DNA from: an uncultured Candidatus Saccharibacteria bacterium
GTDB lineage: Bacteria > Patescibacteriota > Doudnabacteria > UBA920
Direction: 5' to 3'
NCBI GenBank assembly: GCA_964505635.1
Contig: CAZDIP010000002.1
Span: forward strand, 37,736-101,735
DNA length: 64,000 nucleotides
Shown here piece after piece: positions 55,590 through 64,000 of this stretch. Every line of letters begins with the position of its first letter. The first letter of the stretch is position 1. Position numbers and translations under genes: made by a program. The notes under the pieces are model-generated. The model saw only the letters and a program-made list of their open reading frames with translations. It was not told the origin of the DNA and did not search any database.

Positions 55590-56030
55590 ATGAATAAAAA
55601 ATATATTGCTTACGCGATTTTACCGGTCATGGCTTTTGGACTTTTGGGAATAAGCCAGGCTTCTGCCCATGGATGGTTTAAAATGGGAGGCAACTTAACC
55701 CCCCAAGAAATAGCCGACAAACACCAGGCCATGTTCCAGGAGCAGGCTAGCCTGCTCGGACTTAGCATCGATGCCGTAAAAAATGCCTGGTCTGAAGGCA
55801 AAAGTTTAAAGCAACTGGCAAATGAGAATAATATTACCGATGAACAATTAAAAACCAAGTTGCAGGCCGCGGCTAAAGTAAAAATGGGCGAACACTTAAA
55901 AGCATTGGTTGATAAAGGCATAATTACCCAGGCTCAAGCTGACAAACGGCTGCAGCTCATGGAACAGAAAGTGCAGAATAAACAGGGCTTAGGGTTTAAA
56001 ATGGGTCGCCACATGAGTCTTGGTTTTTAA
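55590..56030 (+). CDS. Secreted hypothetical protein
   Basis: 146 aa; signal peptide MNKKYIAYAILPVMAFGLLGISQASA; helical, Lys/Gln-rich. Confidence 0.45.
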   Translation: MNKKYIAYAILPVMAFGLLGISQASAHGWFKMGGNLTPQEIADKHQAMFQEQASLLGLSIDAVKNAWSEGKSLKQLANENNITDEQLKTKLQAAAKVKMGEHLKALVDKGIITQAQADKRLQLMEQKVQNKQGLGFKMGRHMSLGF

Positions 56031-56095
56031 CCAATAATAATATTAAAAGCGCGTTATACCATAAATGCATAACGCGCTTTTAATTTGTCTATTCG

Positions 56096-56596
56096 CTATT
56101 TTTGAACCGTCAACTCTGCTCCCGGAAAATTGTCACAGTAAACTGGAAAGTCCCCTATTTGTTTGGCGGTTACCACTACAAAACCATAAGGCTTAAGACT
56201 AAAAGACTGCGCTCCCACCGCGTACTTATGTGACTTTTCATCGCTATTTTGCAATAACCATTGCGTATTTAATTTAACTACCAAACTGCCGGAAGATTGC
56301 CTGCCGGTGGAACCCCGGCAATTGTTAAAAATCAGACGGTTGGGATATTTTTTTATAGCTTGTTCCAGGGTTAAGGCAGAAGCAGAACCGCTCTTAGTTG
56401 TACTTTGAGTGCTCGTGCTTTCTTGCGGCGCCTTAGTAGGTTCTGGGGTTGTATTGGCCTGTTGTTCCTGGTTTTTTGAAATATTCTCCAAAGTCCGAGA
56501 ATCCTGTTTTTTGTTTTGCCAGACAGCTAGCCCCAGAACTAAAATCACAATCAACCCCACAGCTCCATAAGTATATTTTTTGTCTTTAATTTCCAT
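56096..56596 (-). CDS. Membrane-anchored hypothetical protein
   Basis: 166 aa; N-terminal transmembrane helix, Thr/Ser/Gln-rich linker, C-terminal globular part with Cys pair. Confidence 0.4.
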   Translation of the reverse strand: MEIKDKKYTYGAVGLIVILVLGLAVWQNKKQDSRTLENISKNQEQQANTTPEPTKAPQESTSTQSTTKSGSASALTLEQAIKKYPNRLIFNNCRGSTGRQSSGSLVVKLNTQWLLQNSDEKSHKYAVGAQSFSLKPYGFVVVTAKQIGDFPVYCDNFPGAELTVQK

Positions 56597-56710
56597 ATTT
56601 TTGCTTTAATTATAATCTTGTCTATATTTTAACATATAAAACGAAGCTGTTGATTTTTTCCCCGATTTATGTTAAAGTCATTCAGTATTTGGTATAAAAT
56701 TCGTAAATTA

Positions 56711-56736
56711 TAAATCTATAAATATGGCGCTATCGT
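56711..56736 (+). repeat. 26-bp direct repeat AAATCTATAAATATGGCGCTATCGTC (copy 1) upstream of the GIY-YIG ORF
   Basis: Identical copy at 57030-57055; the second copy spans the 5' end of tRNA-Glu. Confidence 0.85.
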
Positions 56737-56769
56737 CCCACCCTACGAGTGGTCACCCGAAGGGTGATA

Positions 56770-57063
56770 ATGTCTACTAATAAACATATGCATTACGTTT
56801 ACGTATTATGCAGTAGGAATAATAAGTGGATCTATATTGGCTGTACAGATGATTTAAAAAATAGATTTAAACAACACGAGAAAGGAGAAGTATTTTCAAC
56901 TAAAAGCCATAGACCCTTAAAACTAGTTTACTATGAAAGTTATGCCAATAAGGCCGATGCAAGAAGCAGAGAATATAAATTAAAACATCACGGTCAAACA
57001 AAAGAGCTTTTAGTTAAGCAAATAGAAAAATCTATAAATATGGCGCTATCGTCTAATGGTTAG
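56770..57063 (+). CDS. GIY-YIG nuclease-family small protein (start taken at MSTNKHM; the ORF track starts at 56749)
   Basis: HYVYVLCSRNNKWIYIGCTDDLKNRFKQHEKGE...KLVYYESY...REYKLKHHG (GIY...YIG, R, E); the last 11 codons are encoded by the second direct repeat and overlap tRNA-Glu. Confidence 0.7.
   Translation: MSTNKHMHYVYVLCSRNNKWIYIGCTDDLKNRFKQHEKGEVFSTKSHRPLKLVYYESYANKADARSREYKLKHHGQTKELLVKQIEKSINMALSSNG
57030..57055 (+). repeat. 26-bp direct repeat (copy 2) overlapping the GIY-YIG 3' end and the tRNA-Glu 5' end
   Basis: Identical to 56711-56736. Confidence 0.85.
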
Positions 57064-57116
57064 GACAAGTGGTTTTCATCCACTAAATCGGGGTTCGATT
57101 CCCCGTAGCGCTACCA
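57042..57116 (+). tRNA. tRNA-Glu (anticodon TTC), CCA encoded
   Basis: Acceptor GGCGCTA/TAGCGCT; D-arm TCGTCTAATGGTTAGGAC; anticodon stem AGTGG/CCACT with loop TTTTCAT; T-arm CGGGG-TTCGATT-CCCCG; A + CCA. Confidence 0.85.
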
Positions 57117-57236
57117 ATTAAATCCAAGATTACAAACCGCCCGTGGATCGGGCGGTTTTAAAGTTTTCAAAACCGAGGCCAAAGGCAACGGAAAACTTTT
57201 TTGTTAAATAAAAGCAGGTTGCGCTATAATAACGCC

Positions 57237-58127
57237 ATGAATAACAAAAACTACTGGCCTGACCTCTCTTTACTTTTGCTCCAGGTGCTTTGGGGGGCGA
57301 CTTTTTTTATTATCAAATATGCCCAGGATTATATTAGTCCTGTGACTTTATTAGCTTATCGTTTTTTACTTGGTGCAGTTTTAATGGCAGTGTTTCTATA
57401 TTTTATACAGCAGAAACCGTTATTTAAAAATTTCAAAGAAGGTTTTACTCTTGGGTTCATTCTTTGTCTTGCCTATGTTGCTCAAAGCACAGGCCTAGTT
57501 TATATTTCTGCTTCCAATTCAGGTTTCATTACAGGATTATTTGTCGTATTTGTTCCGTTGTTTTCCCTTTTATTTCTAAAAAAAATACCAAATGTAAAAA
57601 ATCTAATAGCCCTAGCTCTATCTGTAGCGGGTTTATGGATTCTGACTGGCGGTGTAGGCCAAATGAACAGAGGAGATCTGTTAACTTTAGTAACGGCGAT
57701 TACAATTGCCATTCATATTCTTTATACCAATAAGCTTATCAAAAATCAGACAGATCCTTATATCCTAAACTTTCAACAGTTATTTACAGTTGGAATTTTA
57801 TGTTTTATTGTTGTTTATATTTTTAAACTGCCATTAAGCATAGGAAGCACTAAGGCCATTTGGGCAATGCTATATTTATCAATTATTGCCGGAGTACTTG
57901 GATACATGATACAAAATTTGGCACAAAAATATGTACCACCTCTAAGAGTATCTTTAATTTTTACTATGGAATCCGTATTTGCAGCTATTTTTGCTTGGAC
58001 GTTGGGTCGTGAGAATTTTGTACCGATTCAAGCATTGGGCGGTTTATTGATTTTTATTGCTATGGTTTTGTCAGAGCTTCCTATAGAAGATTGGATTTTT
58101 AAAAAAAGGAGCGACAACCTTAACTAA
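57237..58127 (+). CDS. DMT-superfamily (EamA-like) transporter
   Basis: About 296 aa from MNNKNYW (ORF track starts at 57201); about 10 transmembrane helices in two EamA-like halves. Confidence 0.75.
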   Translation: MNNKNYWPDLSLLLLQVLWGATFFIIKYAQDYISPVTLLAYRFLLGAVLMAVFLYFIQQKPLFKNFKEGFTLGFILCLAYVAQSTGLVYISASNSGFITGLFVVFVPLFSLLFLKKIPNVKNLIALALSVAGLWILTGGVGQMNRGDLLTLVTAITIAIHILYTNKLIKNQTDPYILNFQQLFTVGILCFIVVYIFKLPLSIGSTKAIWAMLYLSIIAGVLGYMIQNLAQKYVPPLRVSLIFTMESVFAAIFAWTLGRENFVPIQALGGLLIFIAMVLSELPIEDWIFKKRSDNLN

Positions 58128-58279
58128 CTAATACCTGATTAGAAATTAAACTTAACTAAATCTCTTTACCAAAACCCTTTATCCCTCGCGCAAAGCTTGG
58201 TAAGGACATGGTCGGAAAGTCTACCATAAAAAATACTCCTAAAAAGGAGTATTTTTTATGGTAGAATGGAAATTGCCCA

Positions 58280-58585
58280 TTATTTTTGAATGCTAACAGC
58301 AATTAAAATTATTACACCTAAAGCCAGCCAGCCTAAGGTAAACAAAAAAAGTTTAACCGCCTCACTTTTTTGGTTATTTAAATACATTAAAACTGGCTTG
58401 CCTAAAACCAACCCGCCGGTGACGGCCGCGGAAAGCACAAACAGCATTAAAAATGCAATTGGGCCTGTTGCCTTGTCCATTTCGCCAAATATTTTTTCTG
58501 CGTTTTGCATAATAGTCGCGACGCCAGCTACATAAGCCGTGGTTCCTAAAGCGTTAAAAAAACTTCGCAAAATTAAATTATTCAT
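58280..58585 (-). CDS. Small membrane protein (hypothetical)
   Basis: 101 aa, three transmembrane helices. Confidence 0.4.
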   Translation of the reverse strand: MNNLILRSFFNALGTTAYVAGVATIMQNAEKIFGEMDKATGPIAFLMLFVLSAAVTGGLVLGKPVLMYLNNQKSEAVKLFLFTLGWLALGVIILIAVSIQK

Positions 58586-58641
58586 AGTTTGTCAATATAT
58601 TTTTATTAATAAATAACTAAATTGTTTTTATTGTGATACTT

Positions 58642-59448
58642 TTAATTTTGTTTATCTTTACCTTTTAGGCTTTCTTCTTGGCCGCGTTCTTTGAGTTTAA
58701 GATCCAGCCTTATTTTACTCTGTCCCCTAACCTCGCCTTCTTTACCCGACTCCTGTTTTTGAACCGATATATTTAAATCTTGATTAAAAGCGTCTTGGGT
58801 TAATTCCTGTATTTTTTTATTAGCATCTTCTGCTTGTTTCAACTTGCCTTTTTTTTCAAACAGCTCCCTCTCCCTGGTCAACGCCTCCAAAGCCCTGTTA
58901 ATTTGCGCTTCTACTTTTACTTTTAAATTTTGAGTCTGTACTTTTCTTTGCTCTGTTTTTATCTGAGTCTCAGTAAACACGGAACCAGTGGCAATTAAGG
59001 TGCTGGACGGGCCCAAAACTTGAGACGGGGTTATAGTAGGAACAGGTAGCGGTAAAAGGGAGTTATTTTGATTATTAAGCTTGGTAAACTCCGCCATTCT
59101 TGCTTTGGCGTGCCTTAATTCCAAATCGGCTTTTAACGACTGGGTCGGGGCAAGCCTTATTTCCACCTGCTCTTTAAAAATTTTAATGGGATACAACCTG
59201 TCACCCGGAAAAGTGCGCAAAGAGGCCAATACGGTTCCATTGACCATGAAAAATAGAGCCAATGCGCCGGAGGCGAAATAAAAAATTTTAGTATGCCAAA
59301 AACTCACCGAAGCTGCTTTTGGTATGGAAGAAATGCCACTTAGTACCAAAGATTTAATTCTGGCTTTCCGTTCCGCGCTTAAAACCCGTTCATTTTTTAA
59401 AACGGCCAGTTGTTTTATCTCAATCTCATACTTCTTTGTTGAAAACAT
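58642..59448 (-). CDS. Membrane-anchored protein downstream of an ECF sigma factor (putative anti-sigma or sigma-module partner)
   Basis: 268 aa; cytoplasmic N-segment, one transmembrane helix, coiled-coil and charged C-terminal region; 4-nt gap to the sigma-factor gene. Confidence 0.45.
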   Translation of the reverse strand: MFSTKKYEIEIKQLAVLKNERVLSAERKARIKSLVLSGISSIPKAASVSFWHTKIFYFASGALALFFMVNGTVLASLRTFPGDRLYPIKIFKEQVEIRLAPTQSLKADLELRHAKARMAEFTKLNNQNNSLLPLPVPTITPSQVLGPSSTLIATGSVFTETQIKTEQRKVQTQNLKVKVEAQINRALEALTRERELFEKKGKLKQAEDANKKIQELTQDAFNQDLNISVQKQESGKEGEVRGQSKIRLDLKLKERGQEESLKGKDKQN

Positions 59449-59452
59449 AACT

Positions 59453-59992
59453 TTAAACCAACCCCTTTAATTTTTTAAGCGCTCTATGCTGAAGCAGCCT
59501 GACTGACAAACTGCTTTTTTGCAAAATCTCAGCTGTTTCTTTTAAAGTAAAATCCTGTACAAACCTTAGCTCTAAAACTTCCCTGTATTGGGACGGCAAC
59601 AATTTGAGTTTTTTTCTTAATTCACCTATTGCCTGAATCTGATCCATTTGGCTTCCCGTATCCTCTGCAATAGTAATATTTAAATCCTCGTTTAATTCCA
59701 AATTTTGCGGCTGTCTCGCCGACTTGCGAAAGTAATCATAAACAGCATTGGTAGCAATTTTATAGAGCCAGGCCGAAAAATTCGCTTTTCTTAGGTCGAA
59801 GCCGCCAAGGCCGTTCCATGCTTTAATAAAAACAGTTTGCAAAAGATCTTCGGCTTCTTGCTCATGCCTGACCTTAATTAGAATGAAGCGAAAAATTCTA
59901 TCGGCAAACTGGTCATAAAGCCCAGCGAACGCATGCCGGTCGCCGGCTTTTGCCTGTTTGACTAAATCTTCAATTGTTGTTGATTCTGACAT
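59453..59992 (-). CDS. ECF-type RNA polymerase sigma factor
   Basis: 179 aa; region 2 DLLQTVFIKAWNGLGGFDLRKANFSAWLYKIATNAVYDYFRK; region 4 helix-turn-helix LKETAEILQKSSLSVRLLQHRALKKL. Confidence 0.85.
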   Translation of the reverse strand: MSESTTIEDLVKQAKAGDRHAFAGLYDQFADRIFRFILIKVRHEQEAEDLLQTVFIKAWNGLGGFDLRKANFSAWLYKIATNAVYDYFRKSARQPQNLELNEDLNITIAEDTGSQMDQIQAIGELRKKLKLLPSQYREVLELRFVQDFTLKETAEILQKSSLSVRLLQHRALKKLKGLV

Positions 59993-60139
59993 TATAACGA
60001 AATTTTCGGCCTATTGTTTCGGTTACTTTAAGTATATATGCTTACATAAAAAGCAGGAAGCTTGAAACTTAAGCCTGAAAAATGCTACTGTTACAATTAG
60101 CTAATAAAATTAGGTAAATTTGCGGTTTTTAAACATATA

Positions 60140-61192
60140 ATGAGACAAGGGTTGTTAAAAACAATTTTGGCAATAGAAACTTCCTGCGACGAGACAGCCG
60201 CCAGCGTTCTTGAATTTGATAAAGAAAAAGAAAACTTAAAAATTAAAACTCTGTCTTCAGTCGTCAAGTCTCAAATTTCCATTCATAAATCTTTTGGCGG
60301 GGTAGTGCCGGAAGCCGCTGCCAGGGCCCATGTTAAATATATTCGCCCGGTGGTAGAAAAAGCATTAACTTCTGCCCACTGCTCACTGAAGACTATCGAC
60401 TACATCGCGGTTACCCAAGGCCCGGGACTTTTACCGTCTTTAATGGTTGGGGTGGAATTCGCCAAAGCACTTTCCTTCGCGACCGGCAAACCAATGATTC
60501 CTGTTAACCATATGGCTGGACACCTTTATTCCCCTGTAGGGGGAATAAATTCGAAATTCGAAATTCGAAATTCGATTTTTCCACTGGTTTCACTAGTGGT
60601 GAGTGGTGGGCACACCATGATTGTATTAATGGAAAATACAAAAAAATATAGGGTCTTAGGGCAAACCTTGGACGATGCCGCTGGCGAAGCTTTTGACAAA
60701 GTGGCTAAAATGCTTAAGTTGCCTTATCCTGGCGGACCCGAGGTTTCAAAACTTGCTGCCTTAGGAGACCCGAACGCAATAAATTTCCCTCGGCCAATGC
60801 TAAACACTAAAGACTATAACTTTTCTTTCTCCGGCCTTAAAACCGCTGTACTTTACCACTTACGCGACAATCCGAACGTAAACAAGGCAGATTTATGTGC
60901 TAGTTTTCAAGCCGCAGCCGTAGATGTCCTAGTAACCAAAACCATGCGCGCGGTAAAAGAATTTGGCGCCAAATCTATTTCCCTTTCCGGCGGCGTAGCT
61001 GCAAATAAAGCCTTGCGTGAATCTTTAAATCTAAAATCTAAAATCTTAAATCTTAAATTCTCTGTTCCCCCTTTTAATCTCTGCACCGACAACGCGGAAA
61101 TGATAGGCCTAGCCGCAGCCTTTAAGCTCCATAATGGTTTTAAGCCGGTGAAATATAATAAGGTTGAAGCAGACCCAAACTTGAGCCTATAA
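60140..61192 (+). CDS. tsaD: tRNA N6-adenosine threonylcarbamoyltransferase TsaD (Kae1/YgjD family)
   Basis: 350 aa; ILAIETSCDETAASV, HMAGHL metal site, LVVSGGHT, DDAAGEAFDKVAKML, GGVAANKALRE, CTDNAEMIG; contains two heptanucleotide microsatellites in-frame. Confidence 0.92.
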   Translation: MRQGLLKTILAIETSCDETAASVLEFDKEKENLKIKTLSSVVKSQISIHKSFGGVVPEAAARAHVKYIRPVVEKALTSAHCSLKTIDYIAVTQGPGLLPSLMVGVEFAKALSFATGKPMIPVNHMAGHLYSPVGGINSKFEIRNSIFPLVSLVVSGGHTMIVLMENTKKYRVLGQTLDDAAGEAFDKVAKMLKLPYPGGPEVSKLAALGDPNAINFPRPMLNTKDYNFSFSGLKTAVLYHLRDNPNVNKADLCASFQAAAVDVLVTKTMRAVKEFGAKSISLSGGVAANKALRESLNLKSKILNLKFSVPPFNLCTDNAEMIGLAAAFKLHNGFKPVKYNKVEADPNLSL

Positions 61193-61330
61193 ATATCCAC
61201 TTTACAAATATACAAAGTAAGATAAAATAACTTTATGATCAAAAGCCGCTTACAATTCTTAACTAGCTTTTCTTCCTCTTCCTGCTCTACTCGCCCAGCG
61301 AGACGGCTTTTGTAGTGCTTAAAATTACAA

Positions 61331-61356
61331 AGCCCGCCTCGCCGGCGGGTTTTTTT
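61331..61356 (+). terminator. Rho-independent terminator CCCGCC-TCGCC-GGCGGG + TTTTTTTG after tsaD
   Basis: GC stem followed by an 8-T run. Confidence 0.7.
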
Positions 61357-61387
61357 GTTGGCCATGGATAAAATTTAGGAGTTATCC

Positions 61388-61612
61388 TTGGCTCGCAAAA
61401 TCGATATTGGAGGAAAGATGACTTTTTCATACAATAGCTATGAGGAATTTAGTGTGGCGTACCAAGCATTTCTCGCCGCGCGAACAAAACACGAAGCCTG
61501 GAATGGGGTTGATGTTTCAGCTTTTGACAGTTGGGCATCTAAGCCGACTAAAAAACCTGGCGAAACTTCATACATCATCCTGGGCATTAACTACCACGAG
61601 GAAACGTCGTAA
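61388..61612 (+). CDS. Hypothetical small protein
   Basis: 74-aa ORF followed by the GAAACGTC-GTAA-GACGTTTC hairpin; no motif. Confidence 0.3.
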   Translation: MARKIDIGGKMTFSYNSYEEFSVAYQAFLAARTKHEAWNGVDVSAFDSWASKPTKKPGETSYIILGINYHEETS

Positions 61613-61811
61613 GACGTTTCCTCGGCTTGATACTTTTTACTTGCTACTATATACTATATACAAGCTAATGCCCTGGCTGTCACCAGGGCAGCGTCAAAAG
61701 AACGTCGGTAATCGATAAGTAGAATTGGCCGGAGACCGCCCGTTAAAGCGGTAAAATTAAGTAAATTTCACGATGGTACCTCCGCCTTAGGCGGATTGTG
61801 AACACTCTATT

Positions 61812-62366
61812 TTGAGTGTTTTTATTTTTATGATTATATTTATTTCAGGCAATATTGGTTCGGGAAAAACTACATTGGCCAAAATGGCGGCAAAAAAATT
61901 TAATTTTTTTTATTTTGATGCCGACACGCTCAAACCAAAAGTTTACTCAAAAATAAAAAATTTTCAAGAAAGATTAAACCAAGGACAACCTGTTCCACCC
62001 TCGATTCGCGCCAATCTGTATAGAGAGATGCTGAAAAAGTTAAAGGTTATTTCAAAAAAACATATTAATGTAATAGTAGATGAAACTCTTTACACCCAAC
62101 AAGGCAGATTCGCTTTAATAAAGGAGTCTACAAAAATATTTAAAAAAAGTGCCGTCATTCTTGTAACAGCAAAATATAAAAATACAATAAAGCGGCTAAC
62201 CAAACATCGCAAAGGACACATGCTAAATAATCCAATAGCCTTACACAACGCTATGGAAAAAGTTAAAAAGCCTTTTAAAAAATATGACTTGATTTTAAAA
62301 AATAATTACAAAATAAATAAGTCTTTTAAAAAACTTTCTGACTATATTAAAACGTTAATACAATAG
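61812..62366 (+). CDS. P-loop nucleoside/nucleotide kinase-like protein (AAA-type Walker A)
   Basis: 184 aa; IFISGNIGSGKTTLAK Walker A near the N-terminus, size and layout like deoxynucleoside or (d)NMP kinases; substrate not assignable. Confidence 0.55.
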   Translation: MSVFIFMIIFISGNIGSGKTTLAKMAAKKFNFFYFDADTLKPKVYSKIKNFQERLNQGQPVPPSIRANLYREMLKKLKVISKKHINVIVDETLYTQQGRFALIKESTKIFKKSAVILVTAKYKNTIKRLTKHRKGHMLNNPIALHNAMEKVKKPFKKYDLILKNNYKINKSFKKLSDYIKTLIQ

Positions 62367-62376
62367 ATTTAATTTT

Positions 62377-64000
62377 ATGGAATTAGAAAAAGCCTACGAC
62401 CACTCTAAAGTGGAAGATAAAATTTACAAAATGTGGGAAGATTCAGGATTTTTTAATCCTGATAATCTTAAAGGGGAACCTTACACTATAATATTACCCC
62501 CTCCAAATGTAACCGGTACTTTGCATGTCGGGCATGCTTTAACAGCCACCATTGAAGACATTTTAATTCGCCACAAAAGAATGATGGGGTACAAAACCTT
62601 GTGGCTCCCAGGTACCGATCATGCGGCCATTGCCACCCAGTCAAAAGTAGAAAAATTGCTAGAAAAAGAAGAGGGTAAGAAAAAACGGGATTTAGGCAGG
62701 GAGGAATTCTTAAAACGGGTAGTAAAATTCGCCCAAAACAGCCACGACACAATCATTGCTCAGCTCAAAAGCATGGGAGCTTCTTTAGACTGGTCTAGAG
62801 AAGCTTTTACCTTGGACGAAAAACGAAACCTTAGCGTACGCACCGCTTTTAAAACCATGCATGACCTAGGGCTAATTTATAGAGGCTATAGAGTTATTAA
62901 TTGGGACGTTAAAGGCCAAACCACTATTTCCGACGACGAAATTGTCTACCAGGAAAGAACTGCCAAACTTTATACCTTTAAGTACTCAAAAGACTTTCCT
63001 ATTTCTATATCTACCACCAGACCGGAAACCAAGTTGGGCGATACCGCTGTAGCTGTCCACCCAGAGGACGAACGTTACGCTCAATTTGTGGACAAAGAGT
63101 ATGACTTAGAATTCGCGGGCGAAAAACTCCATATAAAAATTATCGTGGACGAAAGCGTGGACAAAGAATTTGGCACCGGCGCCTTGGGTGTTACCCCAGC
63201 TCATAGTATGATGGACTATGAAATTGCTCAAAGGCATAACTTGCCCTTAAAGCAAGTTATTAATGAATTTGGAAAAATGACCGCTGGGCTAGAAACAATT
63301 GCCGGCAAAAAAACCGAGGAAGCTCGTATGGCAGTGGCGGAATGGCTGGAAAAAAATAATTTATTGGAAAAAACAGAGGAAATAAAACAAAACGTAGGGA
63401 CTGCCGAAAGGACCGGCGGCATTATTGAGCCTTTACCCAAACTTCAATGGTTTATTGACGTTAATAAAAAATTTGACGCGCCTAATAAAAAAAATGTTTC
63501 TTTAAAAGAACTTATGCGTTCCGCCGTGGAGTCAGGCCAAATTAAAATAACGCCGGAACATTTTACTAAAACCTATTTTCACTGGATAGATAACCTAAGG
63601 GACTGGTGCATTAGTAGGCAAATTTGGTACGGCCACAGAATACCGGTTTGGTATAAAGGCGAAGAAATTCGCGTGGAAATACAAGACCCCAACGAACAAG
63701 GTTGGGCCCAAGATGAAGATACTTTAGACACCTGGTTTTCAACCGGACTTTGGACTTTCTCTACTTTAGGCTGGCCGGAAAAAACCAAAGACCTAGAGAC
63801 TTTTCATCCGACAGATGTGCTTGAAACCGGTTACGATATTTTGTTCTTTTGGGTAGCAAGAATGATTCTAATGACCACCGCCCTAACCGGACAAATTCCT
63901 TTTAAAAATGTTTACTTACATGGCATAATTCGCGACGCCAATAAACAAAAAATGTCTAAGAGCAAAGGTAACGTAATTGACCCGCTGGAAATGACTTCCA
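62377..64000 (+). CDS. valS: Valyl-tRNA synthetase (N-terminal about 540 aa; continues beyond window)
   Basis: PPPNVTGTLHVGHALTATIEDILIRHKRMMGYKTLWLPGTDHAAIATQ (HIGH region), editing-domain segments, KMSKSKGNVIDP at the window end; absent from the ORF track because it is open-ended. Confidence 0.92.
   Translation, partial: MELEKAYDHSKVEDKIYKMWEDSGFFNPDNLKGEPYTIILPPPNVTGTLHVGHALTATIEDILIRHKRMMGYKTLWLPGTDHAAIATQSKVEKLLEKEEGKKKRDLGREEFLKRVVKFAQNSHDTIIAQLKSMGASLDWSREAFTLDEKRNLSVRTAFKTMHDLGLIYRGYRVINWDVKGQTTISDDEIVYQERTAKLYTFKYSKDFPISISTTRPETKLGDTAVAVHPEDERYAQFVDKEYDLEFAGEKLHIKIIVDESVDKEFGTGALGVTPAHSMMDYEIAQRHNLPLKQVINEFGKMTAGLETIAGKKTEEARMAVAEWLEKNNLLEKTEEIKQNVGTAERTGGIIEPLPKLQWFIDVNKKFDAPNKKNVSLKELMRSAVESGQIKITPEHFTKTYFHWIDNLRDWCISRQIWYGHRIPVWYKGEEIRVEIQDPNEQGWAQDEDTLDTWFSTGLWTFSTLGWPEKTKDLETFHPTDVLETGYDILFFWVARMILMTTALTGQIPFKNVYLHGIIRDANKQKMSKSKGNVIDPLEMTS

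Noticed and set aside
61020-61060. Possible CRISPR-like short repeat (aaatctaaaatctaaaatcttaaatc)
   Set aside because: It is a contiguous heptamer microsatellite inside the tsaD coding sequence with no spacers; not a repeat-spacer array. No cas genes in the window.
61640-61800. Hairpin-rich intergenic region considered as SRP (4.5S) RNA, 6S RNA or a riboswitch
   Set aside because: No match to the conserved SRP domain IV motif (GGAAGCAGCC and the symmetric loop) or other signatures I can recognise by eye. Left as unassigned structured intergenic DNA containing a terminator-like hairpin at 61768-61795.

Overview
This 64-kb window comes from a low-GC (about 40-45%) bacterial genome whose gene content and organisation resemble a small-genome monoderm such as Patescibacteria/CPR. 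That lineage assignment is my inference from the sequence and was not checked by any database search. The backbone is ordinary housekeeping:
- an expanded heat-shock operon hrcA-grpE-(2 small ORFs)-dnaK-(2 ORFs)-dnaJ, with a CIRCE-like operator upstream of hrcA;
- uvrA and uvrC, secG, an oligopeptide-type substrate-binding protein, RNase J, trpS, a phosphohexomutase, ychF, the rpsF-ssb-rpsR operon, efp, gdhA, trxB, riboflavin kinase, htrA, two ECF sigma factor modules, tsaD and the start of valS;
- a split DipZ-like extracytoplasmic thiol-disulfide system (thioredoxin-like protein, CcdA, TlpA-like redoxin).

The most interesting part is a tightly packed 10.6-kb cluster on the minus strand (9530-20181). 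It combines a SipW-type signal peptidase with several large surface proteins that carry SipW-cognate (TasA/camelysin-like) signal peptides, a vWA-domain protein, lamin-tail-domain proteins, an LPRTG-anchored DUF11/SdrD-like protein, and a sortase-like enzyme whose catalytic Cys codon reads Ser. I read this as a candidate fibre/pilus-like surface assembly locus.

Other notable signals:
- a 28-bp perfect palindrome in three copies that tightly brackets a TrpR/YerC-like gene and a GC-rich (about 60%) island encoding three PEP-CTERM proteins with no exosortase in the window;
- more GC-rich single-gene islets encoding diderm-type exported proteins, including a TonB C-terminal-domain protein;
- a tRNA-Leu(CAG) nested inside a split tRNA-like sequence held by a 14-bp long-range helix;
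- a GIY-YIG nuclease gene bounded by 26-bp direct repeats and overlapping the 5' end of tRNA-Glu;
- heptanucleotide microsatellites inside the tsaD coding sequence.

No rRNA genes, CRISPR arrays, transposases or integrases were seen. All calls rest on reading motifs in the translated ORFs and the DNA; nothing was confirmed by homology search.
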